A DNA stretch of 55,406 nt. Source: Accumulibacter sp. GTDB lineage: Bacteria; Pseudomonadota; Gammaproteobacteria; Burkholderiales; Rhodocyclaceae. The position numbers and the translations under genes were made by a program. The notes under the pieces are model-generated. The model saw only the letters and a list, made by a program, of their open reading frames with translations. It was not told the DNA's origin and searched no databases. Where the stretch lies: contig NZ_JAEUOL010000054.1 in assembly GCF_016789985.1 (NCBI RefSeq), forward strand, positions 1-55,406. Direction: 5' to 3'. This document shows, one piece after another, positions 50,253 through 55,406 of the stretch; position 1 is the stretch's first letter, and every line of letters starts with the position of its first letter.

Positions 50253-51384
50253 GCAGTGCCTCCGGGACAAGCGCCGACGGCACCGCGATCTCACGTGGCG
50301 GCAGCGGATACTCGCCACCACTCTTGCGCCAGGTGTTCAACTGATAGATGTAGGCCAGCACCTCGGCGACGGCCGCGTAAAGCGTCGAAGGGATTTCCTG
50401 ATCGAGATTGACATGGCGATAGAGCGCGCGCGCCAGAGGCGCCGCCTCGACCATGGGAATCGCGCCGGCAGCGCCCAACTCGCGTATCTTCAGAGCGATC
50501 TCGCCAACGCCCTTGGCCAGAACCTTCGGTGCCGCCATGCCTTTGGTATAGGCCAGGGCCACTGCGTAATGCGTCGGGTTGGTGATTATCACGTCAGCCG
50601 TGGGCACCGCGGCCATCATTCGCTTGCGCGCTGCGTCACGTTGTAGTTGGCGGATACGACCCTTGATTTCTGGATTGCCCTCAAGCTCCTTGCCTTCCTG
50701 CTTCACTTCCTGACGACTCATCTTCAGCTTGTCGTGGTACTGCCAGAGCTGGAAAGGCACATCGACCGCCACGATCACCAGCATCGCCGAAACGATCACG
50801 AAAAAGCTGAAATTGAGCAGATGACCGGCACTCGATAGACCACCGGGCACCGATTGGGCAAACATGGCGAGCAGTTCACCGCGCTCGTTCCACAGGACCC
50901 ATGCAGCAATGCCGCCAAGCAAGAAGGCCTTGGCCACCGCCTTGAGCAGTTCGACCAGCCCGGCCCAGGAAACCAGACGGGCGATTCCGGCGAGAGGATC
51001 GAGACGACTCGGATCAGGCTGCAGAGCCTTGGTCGAGAAATTCCAGCTGCCCAGAAAGAAGGGCGAGAGCAGGGCGGCAAGGACCAGTGCGCCAAACAGC
51101 GGGGCGAAAATCAACATGGCGTCGGCTGAAATGTCGGCCAGACGAAGCAGGATCAGCGACGGATCGCGTGTCAGTTCGGGCTCGACCACCAATCCACGCC
51201 GAAACAACGCCGACACCCGATCTACCATCCAGGGTCCCAGCAGCATGAACGCGACAGCGGCAACGATCATGACCAGGAACGCGCCGACCTCCCGCGAGCG
51301 CGGCACCTGCCCCTCCTCGCGTGCCTGTTCCAGGCGTCGCGCTGACGCAGGCTCGGTTCGTTCGAGGTCAGTTTCCTCTGCCAT
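50245..51384 (-). CDS. flhB: Flagellar export switch protein FlhB
   Basis: EGQVPRSRE and the NPTH autocleavage motif. Confidence 0.98.
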   Translation of the reverse strand: MAEETDLERTEPASARRLEQAREEGQVPRSREVGAFLVMIVAAVAFMLLGPWMVDRVSALFRRGLVVEPELTRDPSLILLRLADISADAMLIFAPLFGALVLAALLSPFFLGSWNFSTKALQPDPSRLDPLAGIARLVSWAGLVELLKAVAKAFLLGGIAAWVLWNERGELLAMFAQSVPGGLSSAGHLLNFSFFVIVSAMLVIVAVDVPFQLWQYHDKLKMSRQEVKQEGKELEGNPEIKGRIRQLQRDAARKRMMAAVPTADVIITNPTHYAVALAYTKGMAAPKVLAKGVGEIALKIRELGAAGAIPMVEAAPLARALYRHVNLDQEIPSTLYAAVAEVLAYIYQLNTWRKSGGEYPLPPREIAVPSALVPEALHG

Positions 51385-51410
51385 TTCGAGTTTCCAGGTT
51401 ACTCAAGCCT

Positions 51411-51460
51411 ATTATAAAAAAATAGTTGTTAGAATAAAGAGCTATGTCCGTTTATTTAGA
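51411..51460 (-). promoter_or_regulatory. AT-rich flhB promoter: TATAAT with AATAA...TTATT inverted half-sites (FlhDC-box-like)
   Basis: Minus-strand TATAAT at 51416-51411 and upstream TAAATAA-N14-TTATTCT. Confidence 0.5.
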
Positions 51461-51507
51461 TTGATTCTCGAATAGTTGCACAGGAACAACAATTGTCGTA
51501 GCGCTAC

Positions 51508-51534
51508 AAATAAAAAGGGGGCCATAGCCCCCCT
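51508..51534 (-). terminator. Rho-independent terminator after cheA
   Basis: Minus strand GGGGGC-TATG-GCCCCC followed by TTTTTATTT. Confidence 0.8.
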
Positions 51535-51561
51535 GTACAACGGCCCTGCTTGTGCGGACGC

Positions 51562-53487
51562 CTAAACCATGAATTCGAGCGCCCGTGCCGGCGGACTGCG
51601 CAGATCGCGCTCGGCATGCGCCGCGAGATCGGTCAGCAATTCCTTCATGTCCAGAATCAAGACGATCTGACCGTTGGACAAGGTCGTTACGCCAGCCACT
51701 CCCCGCGGACGAAAGTCGTCGAGCGCCTTGATCACTGCGTCATCGCGTCCGGCAAAGTCATCAACCGCGAGGATGAAGCTCCGCTCGGCGGTCTGCATCA
51801 GGACACCGAACTCGGGCTGCCGAAGCTGCGGCCAGCCGAGCAGACGCGAGAGCGCGATCACGGGCAGAATCTCGCCGCGCACGACCAATGTCTCCTTGCC
51901 CCCCACCTCCTGCATCCTGGCGTGGTCGATCGGCAGGATCTCGCGCACCAGCGACAGCGGCAAGGCAAAGGGTTGTTCGCCCAGCCGCACCAGCAGAACG
52001 GGGAGAATGGCCAGCGTCAGGGGTAGCGAGATGACGAACACCGATCCCTTGCCCGGTTCCGAACGGATCTCGATCGAACCATTGAGCTTCTGGATGTTGG
52101 TCTTCACGACATCCATTCCGACACCGCGGCCGGACACCGCCGAAGCCCGGGACATCGTCGAAAATCCCGGAAGAAAGATCAGATTCAGGCTCTGCCGGTC
52201 ATCCAGCGTATTCGCTTCTTCTTCGCTGATGATGTGTTTCTCTATCGCCTTGGCACGGATACGTTCGGGACTCATCCCCCGCCCGTCGTCGGCAATCATC
52301 AATACGATGTGATCACCCTCCTGACGCGCTTCGAGGCGAACCACGCTTTTCGCCGGCTTGCCGGCCGCCAGACGCTCCTGCGCCGGCTCGACACCATGGT
52401 CTACGGCATTCCTGATCAGATGAATCAGTGGATCGGCCAGGTCCTCGATCATCGTCTTGTCGACCTCGGTTTCCTCGCCAACCAGCGCCAATTCGACATC
52501 CTTCCCGAGCTGCCTGGCCAGATCACGGGCGATACGCGGGTACTTCTGGAACAAGCGGCCAATCGGCTGCATGCGCGTCTTCATCACCGAATTCTGCAGA
52601 TCGGAAACCAGCAGGTCGAGCTGGCTGACCGCCTGGTCGAGTGCCTGCAGGGTCTCCGAATCAGTTCGACCGCCAAGAATGTCGGCCCGCAGACTGGTCA
52701 ACCGGTTCTTGGTCAGCCCGATCTCGCCAGACAGGTTGAGCACCTGATCGAGCCGTGCGGTGTCCACCCGGATCGTCGTTTCGCGGGTGGCAGCTCGTTC
52801 CTCGCCACGTCGTCCAGACGGCACACCACTGACCGCCGCGCCCGGTTTGTCGGTGATGCGACGCCCTTCCGGCGGGAAATGCGGTTGCAGCGCGGCGAGG
52901 TCGACCTCGCCAACCGTGGTGTTCTTGCTCGGCGTTCCGGTCGGTGCGGCGACCGCCAGCGAACCGGCACTCTGACCAGTCACGGCGGCGTGCAGCGCCT
53001 GCCAATCCGGACCGGCCGCGGGTAACGTCGCAGAGTCTTTGGCCAGCGTGGCCTGGCCACCGGCCGCACATGTTGCCCCCGGCTTGGCGCCGTCGCCACC
53101 GACCAGTGCGGTTTGCAGATCGGCAATGATCTCGGCAGCTGCCGGGCCTGGTTGGAGACCTTGCCCGATCTCGCCAAACATGTGACGAACTCCCTGGGTG
53201 GCAGCCATGATGGTATCCATCAGGTCGGGACTCAGTTTTCTTTCACCGTTTCTCAGCTTGTCGAAAAGATTTTCAGTCAGATGGCAAAGCTTGACCAGCT
53301 CCCCGGCGTTGAGAAAGCCTGCCCCACCCTTGATTGTGTGAAAGCCACGGAAGATGTCGTTGAGCAGGCGCCGATCGTCGGGACTCCGCTCAAGATCAAC
53401 GAGCTTGTTGTCGACATCCGACAGGAGATCGCCAGCCTCCTGCAGAAAATCCTGCAGCAGGTCTTCCATCCCGGAAAAATCGCTCAT
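51562..53487 (-). CDS. cheA: Chemotaxis histidine kinase CheA
   Basis: HPT (IFRGFHTIKGGA), HLIRNAVDHG, DDGRG, SGRGVGMDVV, and a CheW-like C-terminus. Confidence 0.97.
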   Translation of the reverse strand: MSDFSGMEDLLQDFLQEAGDLLSDVDNKLVDLERSPDDRRLLNDIFRGFHTIKGGAGFLNAGELVKLCHLTENLFDKLRNGERKLSPDLMDTIMAATQGVRHMFGEIGQGLQPGPAAAEIIADLQTALVGGDGAKPGATCAAGGQATLAKDSATLPAAGPDWQALHAAVTGQSAGSLAVAAPTGTPSKNTTVGEVDLAALQPHFPPEGRRITDKPGAAVSGVPSGRRGEERAATRETTIRVDTARLDQVLNLSGEIGLTKNRLTSLRADILGGRTDSETLQALDQAVSQLDLLVSDLQNSVMKTRMQPIGRLFQKYPRIARDLARQLGKDVELALVGEETEVDKTMIEDLADPLIHLIRNAVDHGVEPAQERLAAGKPAKSVVRLEARQEGDHIVLMIADDGRGMSPERIRAKAIEKHIISEEEANTLDDRQSLNLIFLPGFSTMSRASAVSGRGVGMDVVKTNIQKLNGSIEIRSEPGKGSVFVISLPLTLAILPVLLVRLGEQPFALPLSLVREILPIDHARMQEVGGKETLVVRGEILPVIALSRLLGWPQLRQPEFGVLMQTAERSFILAVDDFAGRDDAVIKALDDFRPRGVAGVTTLSNGQIVLILDMKELLTDLAAHAERDLRSPPARALEFMV

Positions 53488-53497
53488 CCTGAACCTC

Positions 53498-54385
53498 CTA
53501 GAATCCCAGACTGCCCAGCAACTCGTCGACCTGCTGCTGCGAGGCAACGACATCGTTGCGCCCGGCAGCATTGATTACCGGCCCGTTGAGCAGGCTCATC
53601 ACCGAATCGGTTCGCCGTTCGCCAGGCAGGGTTTCGATAAGCACGCCCATCAACTGGGACTCCAGGTCCTGCGCCACCTGGATGATCCGCTTGATCACCT
53701 GACCGGTGAGATCCTGGAAATCCTGCGCCATCATGATCTCGAGCAGTTGCGCCTTGGTCGCCCCGGTATTCTCTGGCACAGCCTGCTTGAGGAAGGAACG
53801 CGTCTCCTCGGCCAAGTTCTTGAACTCGTCCACTCCCATCCGATTGGCGAAAAGCGCATCCCACTTCGCCGCCAGCGCTGCCGAACCAGCCTCGAGTTGC
53901 TCCTGCAGGGGATTGGCAATATCCGTCGCATTGAGCACCCGACAGGCAGCCTGCTCGGTCAGGGTAGCCACGTAGTTGAGCCGATCCTTGGCATCCGGGA
54001 TCGCGCTGACGGTACTTTCGAGCAGTTCGTGGTAACCCAGCTGACCGAGCGTGTCGTGCAACTGCCTGGTCATCTGGCCAACGCGGTGGAACACCCGATC
54101 CTGAACCTGCCACGCTTCACCACCCGCCACAGGATCGGCAACAGGCCGCCCGTTACTGGCTTGGGCAGCAATGACGGAGTCGAACAGGGCCTGCAACTCG
54201 GCGCTATCATCGGCACCGTCGCCTTCACGCAATTGTTGCAGGAGCGACGGCTTGGCCGTTTGTCCTGCAACTGGCACTTCTGCCGCTGCCACCACCGGTG
54301 GACGAGAGGATGAGATTCCCGAGGCAATGCTGTCGAACAGTGCTTCAAGTTCCTTCGAGTCACCAGACCTATCCGCATCGCTCAT
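53498..54385 (-). CDS. cheZ: Chemotaxis phosphatase CheZ with N-terminal extension
   Basis: IMMAQDFQDLTGQVI; LLNGP; SQQQVDELLGSLGF. Confidence 0.95.
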   Translation of the reverse strand: MSDADRSGDSKELEALFDSIASGISSSRPPVVAAAEVPVAGQTAKPSLLQQLREGDGADDSAELQALFDSVIAAQASNGRPVADPVAGGEAWQVQDRVFHRVGQMTRQLHDTLGQLGYHELLESTVSAIPDAKDRLNYVATLTEQAACRVLNATDIANPLQEQLEAGSAALAAKWDALFANRMGVDEFKNLAEETRSFLKQAVPENTGATKAQLLEIMMAQDFQDLTGQVIKRIIQVAQDLESQLMGVLIETLPGERRTDSVMSLLNGPVINAAGRNDVVASQQQVDELLGSLGF

Positions 54386-54386
54386 C

Positions 54387-54776
54387 TCAGCCACCCATCT
54401 TGTCGAAAATCTTCTGCAGCTTCTCGGCCAGCGTCGCTGCCGTGAAAGGTTTGACGATATAGCCACTGGCCCCGGCCTGCGCCGCGGCAATGATGTTCTC
54501 CTTCTTGGCCTCGGCCGTGATCATCATCACCGGCAGGTGTTTGAGTGTCGGCGAACTGCGAATCGCCTGCAGCAACTGCAGGCCATCCATGTTCGGCATG
54601 TTCCAATCGGTGACGACGAACTCGAACGCTCCGTTCTGCAGTTTCTGCAAGGCAACCGCCCCATCCTCGGCTTCATCGACGTTGGCGAACCCCAGTTCCT
54701 TGAGCAGATTTCTGACGATGCGGCGCATCGTCGAGAAATCGTCCACCACCAAAATCCTCATCTTTGGATCAGCCAT
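54387..54776 (-). CDS. cheY: Chemotaxis response regulator CheY
   Basis: [29 protein letters not shown]. Confidence 0.98.
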   Translation of the reverse strand: MADPKMRILVVDDFSTMRRIVRNLLKELGFANVDEAEDGAVALQKLQNGAFEFVVTDWNMPNMDGLQLLQAIRSSPTLKHLPVMMITAEAKKENIIAAAQAGASGYIVKPFTAATLAEKLQKIFDKMGG

Positions 54777-54795
54777 GTCTTGCTCCTGTTTTCTC

Positions 54796-55406
54796 TCAGC
54801 GCTCAAGCAGCGGACGCAGGGTGTCGGCCAGCACCTCGGCGTCAAACTTGGCGACGTAGGCATCCACCCCGACTGTCTTGCCCATGGCATGATTCGCCTG
54901 CGATGAAAGCGATGAGTGCATGACCACCGGTATACCGGCGAAGCGAGCATCGCTCTTGATGCTTCGGGTCAGGACGTAGCCATCCATTTCCGGCATTTCC
55001 GCATCAACCAGAATCAGTCGGATCTCCTCGCGCAGCGGCATGCCGGTCTGACCGGCACGCGTCGCAATCGCCTGCAAGCGGCTCCAGGCCTCTGCGCCAT
55101 TGGTGGCGTGCTTGTGCTTGACGCCCAGCTTGTCCAGGACCTCGGTGATCTTGCGTCGGGCGACAACCGAGTCATCGGCAAAGAAGATGCTCAAATCATG
55201 GTCAATGTTGGCTGGGGGAATATCGACGATCACCGCCTCGCCAAAGGCGTTGGCCAGAATCTGTTCGACGTCGAGAATGGACACCAGCTTGCCGTCTTCG
55301 AGTTCGGTAACCGCCGTGATCAGACCCTGATTGGTGGACAGCACACTTTCCGGCGCCTTCACCTTCTCCCAGTCGACCCGGATGATCCGGTCAACCTCGT
55401 GCACCA
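54796..55406 (-). CDS. cheV: Chemotaxis protein CheV (partial, runs off the window)
   Basis: End of a CheW domain ([11 protein letters not shown]) fused to REC ([27 protein letters not shown]). Confidence 0.9.
   Translation of the reverse strand, partial: VHEVDRIIRVDWEKVKAPESVLSTNQGLITAVTELEDGKLVSILDVEQILANAFGEAVIVDIPPANIDHDLSIFFADDSVVARRKITEVLDKLGVKHKHATNGAEAWSRLQAIATRAGQTGMPLREEIRLILVDAEMPEMDGYVLTRSIKSDARFAGIPVVMHSSLSSQANHAMGKTVGVDAYVAKFDAEVLADTLRPLLER

Overview
GC-rich betaproteobacterial chromosome segment, most likely Rhodocyclales (Accumulibacter/Dechloromonas-like; inferred from a circularly permuted tmRNA gene and the gene content). Bases 1-14.2 kb hold a MATE transporter, a c-di-GMP cluster (a decayed REC/EAL remnant, a GGDEF cyclase and a GGDEF-hemerythrin cyclase), a small Ala/Lys-rich lipoprotein, a fructosamine kinase-like protein, and a cation-handling cluster (long CorA-like protein, K+ channel with RCK domains, Na+/K+-ATPase-like P-type pump, APH/P-loop kinase). 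Bases 14.2-16.6 kb are the most unusual part: a well-formed sigma54 promoter followed by about 335 nt of hairpin-rich sequence with no convincing gene, a 121-aa protein of unknown function, a WYL regulator, and a convergent two-piece tmRNA (tag ANDERFALAA). Bases 16.6-55.4 kb are a large flagellar and chemotaxis cluster (fliE, fleRS, fliF-R, flgB-L, flgAMN, motCD, fliA, flhGFAB, cheAZY, partial cheV) with recognisable sigma54 and sigma28 promoters and repeated CGGCAA-N3-TTGCCG palindromes. All calls come from reading motifs by eye; no database search or folding program was run.
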